A DNA stretch of 59,887 nt, counting the filler, from Platydemus manokwari (Eukaryota), in the NCBI GenBank assembly GCA_037951405.1. It is 4 parts of 4 records of this genome, joined end to end, with 100 filler letters (N's around TTAATTAATTAA, not from the genome) between each part and the next. Parts side by side here need not be neighbours in the genome. Positions count along the whole stretch, not along the records: positions 1 to 17,101 come from JBBMOY011121440.1; 3 more parts are not named here. One strand, given 5' to 3'. The notes beneath the pieces were generated by a model, which made no database searches, had not been told where the DNA came from, and saw only the letters and a list, made by a program, of their open reading frames with translations. This document shows, piece after piece, positions 1 through 12,750 of the stretch. A program made the translations under genes and the position numbers. Numbering within the stretch: position 1 is the first letter of the stretch; each line of letters opens with the position of its first letter.

Positions 1-1339
1 ATTATTTATTTTAATATCATGTTTATATCATCAACTTTTTACAAATCGTACATTGGTTCTTTGAACCTAAATTATAAATTATAAAATATAAATTTTTCAT
101 AGGCTTAGCAAAAATAACTGAATTCAATTATAAGCTTTACATAGAATATAAACACTGTGCGCGTATATGAGTATAAGGATAAACATATCAATAAGTTTCT
201 CGAAGAATGGTTAAATTTCATAGAAAATTCGAAAAAATTTAAAATCACAATGATGATTTACTTTTAGAAGAATGTAATACAAGCCAGAAAAAATAATATC
301 AGAACTTTAAGACTACTGTTCAGAATTACATTGGATGTTAAAATCAAAGATAATAATGTTGTAATAATAGGCATAATAAAATTAAATTTTTGTATAAATA
401 AAGTTGAATCAAGCGAAAGAAATTAAATCATAATGCAAATATTACGATCTAAGCCCAGGAAAAATAACAGTAGTGGAAACAGCATTAATTATTTATTTTT
501 TCGAAATAAATTTAAATTAAAATACTTTTGCTATTTTTATCATAACGAGTCAAGAATTGAGCAATTTCCATAAATTCTCAAATTTAAACTTAAAAATTTC
601 ATTTCAAAAAATTGTTTTAAAGAAAATTACTGGTGGTATAAATAAATAAAACTGGCCATTGTTTAATTAAAGTATACAGTAACGTTTTAAAATGGTGGAT
701 GATGTAAGCTTATCTTATTAAATTGATGTTATTTATATATTTTGTATTTTTTAATTAAAATTCAAAGCTATTAATTTTGTTTTTTCAATTATTGTAATTT
801 TGATAGTATTTAATATACGAACCTCATTTAAATTGACATTATAATTTCATAACACGAAATACATAACTGGGTATTATGTATACGTATTCTTTTTGTTAAA
901 CCCGTTTTTTGATTGTAATTTTCTAAAGGTTTTACAATTAAAATTTTCACAAATTGGAACTTTAGATTTTGATAAAAAATTTAGTAAACATTCTCAATTC
1001 ACATGTTTGTTAGTATAAAAGTAGCATCTATGGAGTGTTGGGGTTATCATTTTTTATTATTTCTATTATGGAAGTCCGATCTGTTCGAACTGCAGTGTCA
1101 ATCAAAGTTTGTTATAATCAGTATTGATACAATTAAATGAATTCAGTTATAATTTTAAACAAAGCACAAAGATGTACAGAATGTTTCTCTGTTGGCTACT
1201 AAATTCAAATCAACAAAAATTATTTTGATTTAAGCACATTATCAATTTTACTGTGAAATTATACTTTAATTAGAAAACTTAGAATATTTCCAAGATTTTC
1301 TAAAACACGCACATTTGAAAAAGATTTCCTGCGATGAAT

Positions 1340-1908
1340 GGTTCAAATTGATGCACTGGCATCATTTTCCGTTAGCCGATAACGATTCGGTAAAGAAATC
1401 GTTGCTTGTGTCCACGACTTGTGCGATGACGAGCAAGCACACCAAGGGATATTGTGTTTTCACAGCGTGTTGAATCCATTCTCCACAAATCTGAACCTTT
1501 TCCATTGAGTGAAGATGCCTCTATAGCAGTGTAGAAGCATTCCATTTTCGCCCAAAAGTTGGTTTCACCAAACACAACTTAACGATCAAAACGCGGTGCG
1601 TTTCTGAGATCAACATTTCCATTTTTGAATTTGACATACCAATCACGAGAGGTTCTCTCAGCTATTTCACTTTCTCCATACACAGTACAAATGTCTTGAG
1701 CAGCTATTGAGGCTTAAGAACCTTGATTAAAGTCTAAAACATAGCGAGAAGCTTATTTTTCTCAACTTTACACTCTATTTTAATGATCTGAAAATTAACA
1801 AAAATTAACTCTAATAGAATACAAAACATCGATTTAAGTAGAACAAAATATTATCTTTCAAATGATTTCAAATATGCCTTCTGAAACTTTTTTGCCAACT
1901 TGATATTA
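1340..1908 (-). mobile_element. Degenerate mariner (Tc1/mariner) transposon, 5' half
   Basis: Minus strand begins TA+TATCAAGTTGGCAAAAAAG (~1906-1885), a mariner-type TIR. Translation across stops and frameshifts gives DFNQGS*ASIAAQDICTVYGESEIAERTSRDWYVKFKNGNVDLRNAPRFDR (HTH and PRSGRP-like motif), GKVQICGEWIQH (WVPHEL-like linker) and LARHRTSRGHKQRFLYRIVIG (just before the first catalytic D, TGDEKW motif). 3' part and right TIR not seen. Confidence 0.9.
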
Positions 1909-3499
1909 TTTTTGAAATACGATATTATATATTTTCATTATAGATTTTATATACATTTTTGGATAATTATAAAATAAAACATTGAAAGATTTTTAATATA
2001 CTAAATCAAAATTTACAAAAATTGTTAATTATTTATAGATCAAATAAAAATAATTGTCAAAAGTTTAAAATAAAACATTCCAATAATAATTGTTAAGAAT
2101 CACAAAATCAATATTGTCTAAAATTTGGTTGAGTTGATTTTGTGGTTTGTATTGCTGAACTGGACCAACTTAATCTTGTGGATTGATTGGCCGAATTAGT
2201 CTGTTTTAGATTTTTGTCGACAAGGTATATATAATATGTATATTTTGTAAATGCAGATTACAAGTAATGATAGGATGTATGAGCACAAGGTCTTTAGTTT
2301 AATTTATTTGCTTTTAAAATTGCATCTTTTCTACTGTTTAGAAACAAAACTTGTCCGAATTATAAGGCAAAAATTTTATGGTGCAGTTGAGGGCTATTAA
2401 ATTATAAATAATATTTCTTTATATCTATGAAAACATACTACTTTTGTTTGAAACAAAAAAAATAATTAAAGAACTGATAATTTCATGTGATTTGTGACCA
2501 GACTTGCTTTGTTTATAACTATACGTGTCGACGAACAATTCTCTCTAAATGCATTGAAATTAGAAAAACTTAATATTATTTATCTGATATATAAGTTTAG
2601 ATTTTTAATTCAAAAATTTACATTAGTTCTTCGATTTTAAATGATTCCGCAATAACTTAGTTTTAACAGGTGAAATATATATATTTGCACAATAAATATT
2701 TTTTAAAAATGTTGAAGTTTATTAAGAATATTGGGTTTCCTTACGATAATTTATAAATAACTACTTTTAATTTAATAACACTTGGATTAAATTAAGTAAA
2801 TTATTTGACAAAAATGGTAAATCAAAAATTGATAATATTAATTCAATTAGTTAGACAATAAAATATCAAATATGATTAATGTGTTTTATTCCATTATTTT
2901 TAGCTCAATATCTCATCGTAACATATTTATCATCAACAACTTTCATATTTTTTGACAATGCAAGTTGCGTAAGCTTCTCATTAAAAATCATTCACTTGAT
3001 TCTTCTGGACAATATGAATTTTGTAATTTTTTTGGTTGATAGTTTTGGTTCTCATAATGTTATGTTCATTATCAATGTGAAAGTGTATAATTATATAATT
3101 CTTAAAAATTTTATTACTGTTTATGGTCTACTTTCACCAGACATTAAAATAAAAAATTCTTCAATTTTCATATAACTTCAGACACTATTAAGTGATGTAC
3201 CGAATCTCTAATTCTTATTCAATAAATACGTTTCCATAGTTCATTCTTCATCTTATGTGGATTGATTATTCATAGTTAGGAGTGTTTTTTATAAAATCAT
3301 AATAAAAATTTTCAAACTATAAAAATAATAACCAAATTTTTATTTAAATTTTAATTTGTCAGACATAATATAAAATAAAAAATCTTTAAATTTCCTAACA
3401 ACTTATACGGTTTATATACATGGTCATTAATTGTTTCATAGTTTTATTAGTTGTTGTTTATAATAATTTCAAATGTTGAATAGTTTCCGCGTCATCCTA

Positions 3500-3725
3500 C
3501 GTACTATGTATTCATTTTATGAATTCTATAATTCTTTTTGATTATTTTTTATGAAATTTTTACTAAGTATTGCTATTTAATGTTCAAAGTTCTATGAAAT
3601 ATTTTAACCCTAGTCTTCAGTTTGATGACTTTATGTTTATACCAACTATATCCAAGCAGTTCTTGTAAAATGTCATTATTATGGGGGGATTTGGTATCCA
3701 CTGGTGTAAATATATTTCTATATTA
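3500..3725 (-). mobile_element. Possible Ty3/Gypsy integrase core relic
   Basis: Minus translation MTFYKNCLDIVGINIKSSN*RLGLKYFI resembles the integrase core start PFxKIxLDIVGP...GxKYIL. Short and degraded. Confidence 0.35.
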
Positions 3726-4624
3726 TTAATTTCTACCTTGTTTCGTTAGAAAATAATTCCACAAATATATCCTTAATGTATTTAATTAGGTCAATCAAAC
3801 ATGATGATAATCATATCATTATAGAGCACAAATGGCAGATAAGAGAAAATTGGCTAAAGTGGATAATTTATTTTGTGACGATTCCTTAAATTAACCAGGA
3901 TTTTTCCAAATTAAGCAGTACTTCACTTATGTGAGTTGCCACTGAATACGAAAAGTCTGATGGTGTAGATTAAGACTACAATTTTTAATCGCACTATTAA
4001 ATATATCTTATTAAAATTATTATTTCTATGATATTGTAACAATATTTTATGCCATGCTGTGAATGAGGTATCCTTATGTTTATTTTATTTTATCCGCTTT
4101 TTTAACTCTTAAATCTTATCCCGTCGATAAAAAAAGATGGAAGGCAATGCTCGTGGAGTTTAGCATATGGACGCACGACGGGAATAAAAGATTATTATAA
4201 AAGGACATGGGCAGAAAAGTGACTGAATTTCGTTCGGATTGAAGACCTAATTAGGTCAAGACTTTCGATAGGGATTCTGTTATTTTATGTCGAAAAATTA
4301 AAATATCAGGATTCGATAGAAAAAATGGTAACAAATAATAAGGACTAAATAAATAAAGCAATAATAATGGCGGACATCCTATCACAAGTTAAAAGTGAAA
4401 GCCAATTTCTTTTGTATCGACAGAGAATCTTTAAGAAGCCAAACGTAAACTTTTATTTATATCAAAAAGAGAGAGTTATGATAAAGTTTACTGATACCAG
4501 ACTTCAAAAAGGAGAAAGAGAGAACGAAGTAAAAAAAAATGAGTATCATAATAAAATCTCACTCACCCGCAAAAACATCCCGCGTTAAGGGGCATCGCTA
4601 AATATCAATAATCAGTAGATGATA

Positions 4625-5085
4625 AACGACTATAATTATTAGCCTCAATATTAGTAATTATCAGTATTATTATAATTAATTATCATTATTATCAGTATCA
4701 ATATCATCATAATTATTATTTATTTTTATTGTTATTACATTATTATTGTTTACATTATTAGTATTTATTATTGCTGTTGATATTATTTTTGATGATATTA
4801 TTGTCATTATTATTATTAGTATTACTTCTTATGTTATTGTTATTATCATTGATTATAATTATTATCATCATTACTATTAGTATGGTAGTATTATTATCGT
4901 TAATATTGTTATTATTATTACTAATGAAATGATAAGAATTTTCGCTTAGACGAAAACACTTACTAAGGCAAATCATCTTCATTTATGGGGGCATAACTGA
5001 AAAGTAAAACATAAAATAAAATTACTGTTCATCGTTATTATTATTATTAATATTATAATTATAAATTTAATTATTGTTATTGTGA
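4625..5085. repeat. Degenerate (ATT/AAT)n microsatellite, low complexity
   Basis: Long imperfect ATT/TAT trinucleotide runs; they produce the spurious poly-N/I ORF 4758-4982. Confidence 0.9.
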
Positions 5086-6399
5086 TTACGTATCAGGGAG
5101 ACCAAAATAAATGGAAAATTTAGATTAAATTGTAAAAATAATCGATTAAATGTCTGTTTGATCCAGATGTTGGTCATCAGTAGTCTTTGTCTGGGGGGGA
5201 ACCTGAAAATAATTATCAATAAAATGGAAAATAATTTACAAAAACGTACTTCATTCGAGCTTCCTTACGAGTCGTTAGGCGAGTGGTCCCTTGGCTTGCA
5301 TTGGAGATGTATTCATTCGACTCTAAAACAAATAATATCAAAATTAATATATAAAAAATTACTTTTTTGGTCAGCAACTTTTGTGCTTAGCTTATGTGTG
5401 ATTTCAGTAATCATTCTTTTTTATTACTCTATTCTGTGTTTGACTTTCGGGTGCTGATCCCATCTTGAGTGATTTTTTTGTGAATTGCGTAAAGAATTGT
5501 TATTATTGAGATTCAGAGTATTATTTTGGTTAATATAGCTTTGTAGATTCAAATTGTTGTTCAATAACTCAACAATTAGGTTAAGAAAAAAAACTAAATC
5601 AACAAAATATTACGTAACCTGCGCAGTTAATCCTTAATGAGCTAATTGAATATTGAATAATATAGATATCTGTACACAATTTCCGGAAGTTCTTGGTTAA
5701 TAAGCTCCATAAGGGTGTAAAACCTTTAATAGAGAATGGGTCTTTCTCTGTATATACGAAGAATATACGGGATAGATAATTTATGGTATTTTACAAAATC
5801 ATATATCATTGATTCTTTAAATTTGGTGTGATTTGGTAGTATACATATATTATGGTAAGGGCCATGTTTACGATATGTTTAATCAAAATTTGCTTTAGAC
5901 TTCGTATTGTCAATAAAAAACTTTCAATTAAACTCGTGGTTTCACTATTTTATAATGAGCAAGGTCTAATATGTTAATGGCCTGTTTTCACTTTTCAATT
6001 TACGTAGGAATTATCAAATTGCATTTTATTAAAATTTTTAAAAGAATAGATATTTTAAATGTTTATTATTTAATATTTTATTTAAATAATAGCAATTTTC
6101 CTCGTTATTATTTTCCACGCGAGTTATGATGTTGGATTTTATTTATGATTCTATTTCTTTTCTTCGGATAAATTTTACGTGAGTTCTGAATATTTGGAGC
6201 TTATTGTCTTTATAAGAAATTCATATTTTTTATTATTTTCTTATTAATCATTTTTATCTTCCACTTTAAAAATTAAAAATTATTATTTTTATTATATTTA
6301 CGAAGAAGGCAATAAAATCAATAATAAATAAACAACACAATAAATATAAGTCATTGTTTCATACAAGCTTTCCCATTGGTTTTCTCCAATTTTATGTCA

Positions 6400-8350
6400 T
6401 TATAAACTTTTTTGAAAATCATTTTCCAAAATTCTTAAAAATGAATGTCCAAAAATAACCAATAATTTAGAAAATAAATTGATAACTGTCTCTAATTCTA
6501 GCAGAGGTTTTTGATAACTGCTGATTTTGTGTGATCTCATGACAAAAACAAATTGGCCGAAAAATAAGTATATAAACAGATTCAATTTAGTAAATTGATA
6601 CTGAAAAAACTTAACTGAGAAGGAAACAAGAACAGATAAATAAAATACTAAAAAGGCTGAAAGTGTCTTATTAATTCTTGATAATGAGAAGTTGTGATTA
6701 ATTTTTTGGTTTTTTACGGCAATTTAACAGCGTTAATTCACATTCCCTCTTTCTAAACGGATATTTATTCAATAATTATCAAAGAAAATGTTTATTGAAA
6801 TTAAAGTAAATTAAATTATTATTGGTAAAATTGTCAATGATTTGAAACAGGATGACTTGATCATAGTAAGTTGAAATAGATAGAGTATCGGCATCGTCGT
6901 GATCACAATGGCTATAACAAGGATACAGATACTTTAAATTTAATATATTTTGAGATTTTGATATAAACATGCCGATAGTTTGACTTTCCTTATGCATATT
7001 AGATATAAAAATACCGGAATTGTTTTTACTATTTGTTTCAAATAACTTCAGAGTTAATAAAAATTCAAATAATGCTTAACATTTTGTGATAGTTGATTTG
7101 GTAGTGGAGATTGTTTGGCAAGTATTGTCTGTCAATGCACAGATTAAATATTATTAGGATTAATTTATATTTCAATTATTGCACTATGCCTATTAAAATT
7201 ATATTTGGCAGCTAGATCTTTGTGTGCATGTTTCATGGTTCCTGAGGGTGTGAAAGGTAAGTGTGATGATTGTATTCTTGTTCTTTCTGGCTACAGGTTT
7301 TATTATTTCAAATGTTAAATATAGCAAAGTTGTATCTGACTGCATCATAAAAATAATGACCATTCTTTTTTACTAAAATAACGAATTTTTATAAGATTTA
7401 TTTATAAAAACATGATAAATTTGAAAGAATAACAAAAGGTACACAAGTAGATTAGCAATCAATCCGAAATGAATGAAGAATAGTTGTGAAGAATCTCATT
7501 GATTAAATATGGAATAATTAAAAATAATATAACTAATGCATTAATAGCCAAAGAAACAAACTATTTAATCTTAAATTTAAATAAACATTAACTATTTCGC
7601 TTACATCTTGATTTTTCTCTGCTTTAATGGTAAATAATATAATTTCTTAGTCTGAAATATACCTTTACGAATTAGTTATATAGCTTCTTATGACTGACAA
7701 TTTGACAAAGCCTTGACAAAAATATTTTTTAAAAACATTATCAAAGAATATTTCAAATTCAGATTTTTTACCTGAGGTACAAAATCAATTAACGAGCTAC
7801 TTATACTCAATTTTCTATGTTGGCTTGGGAGTCAACATATTTTCTCTAATATTCTGAACTTTATTTCTCATTTTTATCTGTGAACTCGGATTATTTATCA
7901 TTCATATTTATTGATTTATTTTCACTTTTAATCTTAAATTATTATTGTTTTCATATTTATTTATTTTTATCAATTTTAATTATATATTAATATTCATTTT
8001 CTCTCACAATTAAATAGTATATTCAATTAAACAGTGTATTCAAATTCAATTGTTCATCATTAAACATAATTGTTATCATTTTCTCATACTTATTCAATTA
8101 TTTGTAATTATATGGTTCGGTTTAATTTGATTAAATTCTGCAATTTTTCATCCAAACTTTGATATCATCATCTATATCCTTCCGTTGATACTTAGAGCCT
8201 ATCTTATTAAATATATCGGTAAACAAACCTTTTTATTATTATCAATCTGATCATGAATGATTGGTTTTCAATCGAACTTATTGAAAAACTTGTCTAAGAA
8301 CTCTTGCTACTATCAAATTGAATTAAAGGCAGATAAATTAATTTGCTGAA
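6400..8350 (-). mobile_element. Degraded, internally deleted Ty3/Gypsy element (gag and integrase relics)
   Basis: ~8330-8180 reads LDKFFNKFD*KPIIHDQIDNNKKVCLPIYLIR*AL (gag-like, similar to the LPxYLxGxA motif at ~45100). ~7270-7080 reads SGTMKHAHKDLAAKYNFNRHSAIIE...KQSPLPNQL, resembling the integrase HHCC region. Confidence 0.4.
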
Positions 8351-8499
8351 ATTATTGTTAGCATTTAAGCTTTCATTATTATATTATCGTATATATCTAT
8401 TATTTTTGCATTTTTCTTTTCATTATTATCTAAGATGTGATCATTAATATTTAAAATTTTGTTTCGGTGCTCTTATTGTGATTTATTTCATTATCTATT

Positions 8500-9250
8500 C
8501 TTGGTCATATTAAATTAATAAAATTTAGCCATTTTTCAAACTAGTTCCAATTTAGAAAAAAAAATTATTAAATTACAATTTGGTCATTTGAATTTTTTAT
8601 GATTATTAATATACTAATACCGAAATGGTGCCAGATTTTCCTGAAATTTAATTATACAATTTGACACTAAGCAAAGTTCTCAACTAATTAATAAACTTGT
8701 TTATAAATAGTTAAAATATAGCACAGTTAAACAATAAAAAATTAGCTATATAGACAACGCTTGACTTAGGTTAGATGTTGTATCAAAACGAAGGTTGGTT
8801 TAATAAATAAAATTTGAAAATCGAATATAAAACAAATGAAGGTTGTAATTTTAATCCAAACTTAATCTGATCTTTTCACAAAATTAGTTTTTCAATTGTA
8901 ATAAATGATATTTAAAATATAAATAATCAGATAACTAAAAAATTTTTGAAAATATGTAATGAAATTGATTGAGTTTCCTGAAAAATATTATTAATAAACG
9001 CAAATGCTCAATATATACAATGTGCTATTGTTTACTATTAGATGCTTCAGGTAAAGGATTCAAGTGTGTCCAACTAAGTGGGAAGACATAATTGTGAAAT
9101 AAGAGACAGATGTATTGACAGTCTTATCAATTTAGAATAACTACACATCTATAGAAATAGCTGTGAATGCATTAAATATTTTTTTCGGAAAATGTAATTG
9201 ATATATGGTATACAATTAAATTTTATAAATAACAATAGTGTTTCGCTTGG
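8500..9250 (+). mobile_element. Degraded Ty3/Gypsy pol relic (RT and RNase H)
   Basis: Motifs in canonical order: FGH.EF (~8580), RNGARF (~8622), ISYIDN (YxDD-like, ~8741), LLDASGKGFKCV (RNase H DAS..G, ~9035) and NYTSIEIA (~9139). Many stops and frameshifts. Confidence 0.6.
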
Positions 9251-11099
9251 AAAATAATTATTGATAATTCTTGTAACGAAAATTTTCTAATTTCATAATC
9301 ATAAATTTTTTCTAAGGTATTATTTACCATATTTATTTATAGTAACTTTTGTTGCTATTCTATTTTTAGACATGACGTAGCTTCTATTTATAGATTTAAG
9401 TTAAATTTTGTGTCCTTCGTCTAACATTGTGGGTCTAAACAAATGTTAAAAATAATTTGTTGTATTAAAACATTTTTAATTTTTTAATAAATTTTTTTGA
9501 GATGCTTCATTTATAAATTTTAATCTTTTAGATGCTTTTTGTGTTTTTATCTATTCATTAATGTTTAATCTTACTATTTATTTTATTGTTATCTATTTAG
9601 ACTTCTAAAAAAATTTTAAATATTATTTATTTTTACTTTCTAAATTAGTGTATCACTATGCCACTATATGCATTTGTATCTTATTTTTTGTCATAAATTG
9701 TTTGCCATGAATACTTATCGTATTTATGTGCCTTACTATGAAGTGTATGGACTTCACAAGGGTAATGATTAGTAAGTGCAATAAATGATATAATTATCAA
9801 TATTGAATTAATTTGATGAAAATCAAAATTATGATCAGATGGAAAAATAATATAAGCCAACTTTGTAGTGAAAGAAAAGCGAAGGAGTATAAAGTTTGAA
9901 ATATGTTAAATGTTTCGTACGAATTTTGACTAGTTTATGATAGGATAATAATTCATTTTATGGAAATATTACAACATTAATTACTATGAAAATATAATTA
10001 TTCATATTGGTATTATTCATCCGTGTTTTGAGTTTGCAGTGAATATTGTTTTTTCGTCGTTAAAGATTTATTCTTAAATAGTACATACTGTTGCGTTTAT
10101 TTGTGCGATTTTTTCCGATTTCGTGTCTGCTTTTATAGCATTTCTATGCATGCCTTGCTTATCTGTGATTGATAGGCTTTTTAAATAATAATTTATTAAT
10201 AATTAATTTATTTTTTAGTCTTGGCTACATATTGGTTACTAAGGTAGGCTGCCTAGTAGCCCCTCGTTACGTTAATTATCTTCCCATAAAACTAATTATT
10301 TGCAACAATTATTCTACTAGTATATGTGTTAAATAAATTTACTACCATTCTCAGATGTGAATGTTGCAAGTCGATTTCATAATGACTAATTTAAGTTTCT
10401 AGCTATCACCAAGCACAAAAATAATTTCTTGATTTTTATTGTTACCCTGTATATTAACTTCCAAAATGAATGCAAACAGAATTATTATTCACTCCATATG
10501 AATTATTTTATTTATTAATTACTATTATTATAGTTATATTATTAATATGTAAATGTTGTTTTATTTTAATCATCCTTTACTTATTATTATCCTTAATATT
10601 ATCCATTGTACTTTATTATTTTCCCCTGCATTTCCACAGCAATAACATGCATAAAAAATTAGACAAAAAGATTTATTAGGTGCTGAAATAAACAATGTAT
10701 AATGCCTGTTTGCAACCAACAAATTAAAGATAAAAATCATTTCAAATAAAATGTTAAATCTCAAAAATATTTATTAATTTATTGGAAATAATTAGGGTTT
10801 ATAATTTTAGCAACCGATTTTCTCTTTTTGGCGGAATTCTATATAAGAAATTTGAATCCTGAATTTGAAATGTTGGGTCACCTCTTAGCAGTATAACATA
10901 AAATAAAACTCATTATGCTTGAAATACAAATCTACAATGTGACTAAATGGAGGGATGTGACAGACTAAGTTTATTAGAATGCAATAATCCTTATTTTTGC
11001 AACCAGGTCTTCAATTTTGTTATAACTATGGTTTAAAAAATATTTATCATTAAGACAATATTTATTTATCAAATTTTTAACATCTTCATTTTCAAAATA

Positions 11100-11580
11100 T
11101 CAAAAATACTGAAAAAATGTGATTTAACACGTTGTAATGATGGTTATAATGGTCAAAAACTCCATCATATTCATTTTCAAACAATAATTGTTCTTGATTT
11201 CTATGTACATAAACGATTTTTCCATTATTGCTGGACAAACAGGCATTGTGAAATGCCAGGATGGCTATTGGGAGTATTACTGGCATTCTGCGCATTTGCA
11301 TTTTTGGTTGATTCTTGGTAGATATTTTCAAATTACGATTACCTTCTAATAATAATTTTAAATAATCAGCATTAGTTGGATCAAATATTATAACTTCACC
11401 AGCGGCAACATCTTTTTTACAAGGTCATCGAGTCTTAAAAATAAAGTCTTTCCGAAATTAGGTTCTCCATCGAAGATGATACTGTTGACAGGAATTTTAG
11501 GGATTTTCGCAAGAAATTTATTAGTGATCATATTCAACGACAGTGTACAATAAACTCATTATTATCAATAAACCAATTAA
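11100..11580 (-). pseudogene. NS1: Endogenous parvovirus/densovirus-like NS1 SF3 helicase relic (EVE)
   Basis: Minus translation KIPKIPVNSIIFDGEPNFGKTLF (Walker A, 11468-11445); then after a 1-nt frameshift DVAAGEVIIFDPTNADYLKLLLEGNRNLKISTKNQPKMQMRRMPVI (Walker B region, B' KLLLEG at 11358-11341, motif C), and a downstream WKNRL (Arg-finger-like). Order and residues fit parvoviral SF3 helicases. Confidence 0.8.
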
Positions 11581-11699
11581 CATAACTAACAAGTTTCTTA
11601 AACATAGCATCAATAGGAAGACATAACTAAGATTTATTATAATAAAAACTGATTAAATAATATAATAATAAGAACTGTTTAAATAAAGTTTCAATAGGT

Positions 11700-12750
11700 A
11701 CTCCATGCAATTCCTATTGGTCAATAATAATCATCCGGTTGGCGCTGTATTAAGTGGGACGGTTGGAAAATTACCATCCATACCCGTTGAAGCCTTTGTC
11801 GTATGGCATTTATTTTTCTGATATGCAGTTGGAGTGGCCATATTTATATTATCTTCCATCGTTGGACACACATGTTTTATTACAATCTTCTTTGCAGTCG
11901 AATCAAATTCATTTTACGTAGATCAGTTGTGCGTTTTCCAAGTAATTGTCCTTGAGCATTGTTCATGGTACTAACAGATGACTGGCCATTTACGATAGAA
12001 TTCAAATGAACATTTTATTTCCTAAGAAAATGTATATGTTAATTGAATTGGAAAACCATTAGCACCAACGTTTGTAATAGCTTTAAACAAAACATTGACA
12101 TGGGATTATGCTCACTAATATCGGACAATTGTAATAAATCATGAAAATCATGCCATTTAGATAAATAATCATAATCTACTTTATTGGCATTTGAATGCCA
12201 TCCAAATTTACCATCATTTCCATTTATGTACGTAAATTTGCAATTTGGCAATCATCTATAAAATCCCAATTATCATAGTAAGGCTTTGTACATCTAATTT
12301 TTGTAGGAAAAGGATGATAATTGCCTTTCAAATTATATATTCTGAAGCCATAAGGACCAGCTAAAACTGATCGAAAAGGCTTGAATCTCTTGTAATTAAA
12401 AAAATCAAATCTAAATAAATAAGAGTTAAATTTGTCTTAATAATATCGTATTGGTAAAAATCCGTTTCTTTGATTAACCATTTATCTAACTTTTCTTGTT
12501 AGTAAATAAAATTGACTAGTTTCCACTTCTAATCCTGTCATTACTATAGCACTTTTGATGTTTTTTTACAATTCAAAACTTACTGAATGATGTTTGATTC
12601 CAATAATTTTTCACATGTTTCCATAAAGATTTAGAATATACTTTATGATACATGTCCGCATGAACTGCATTTGATATTTCTAATAATCGTGTTAATATTA
12701 TTTTAAAGAATTTTCTTCAGTGAAGCATTGAAATGTGTTTATTATCTTGA
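11700..12750 (-). pseudogene. Probable parvovirus-like capsid (VP) relic adjoining the NS1 relic
   Basis: Frameshifted coding-like, GC-enriched segment: YHKVYSKSLWKHVKNYWNQ / IKSAIVMTGLEVETSQFYLLTRKV / ETDFYQYDIIKTNLTLIYLD / GPYGFRIYNLKGNYHPFPT / LPNCKFTYINGNDGKFGWH...HDLLQLSDISEHNPMSMF, followed by AATAAA (~11638-11633). Capsid identity is inferred from beta-strand pattern and adjacency to NS1. Confidence 0.45.

Noticed and set aside
150-500. A-rich coding-like stretch (KHINKFLEEWLNFIENS…), possible gag relic
   Set aside because: No diagnostic motif; too degraded to call.
4758-4982. Poly-Asn/Ile ORFs (also 55395-55685 and 10470-10679)
   Set aside because: Products of AAT microsatellites or AT-rich low-complexity sequence.
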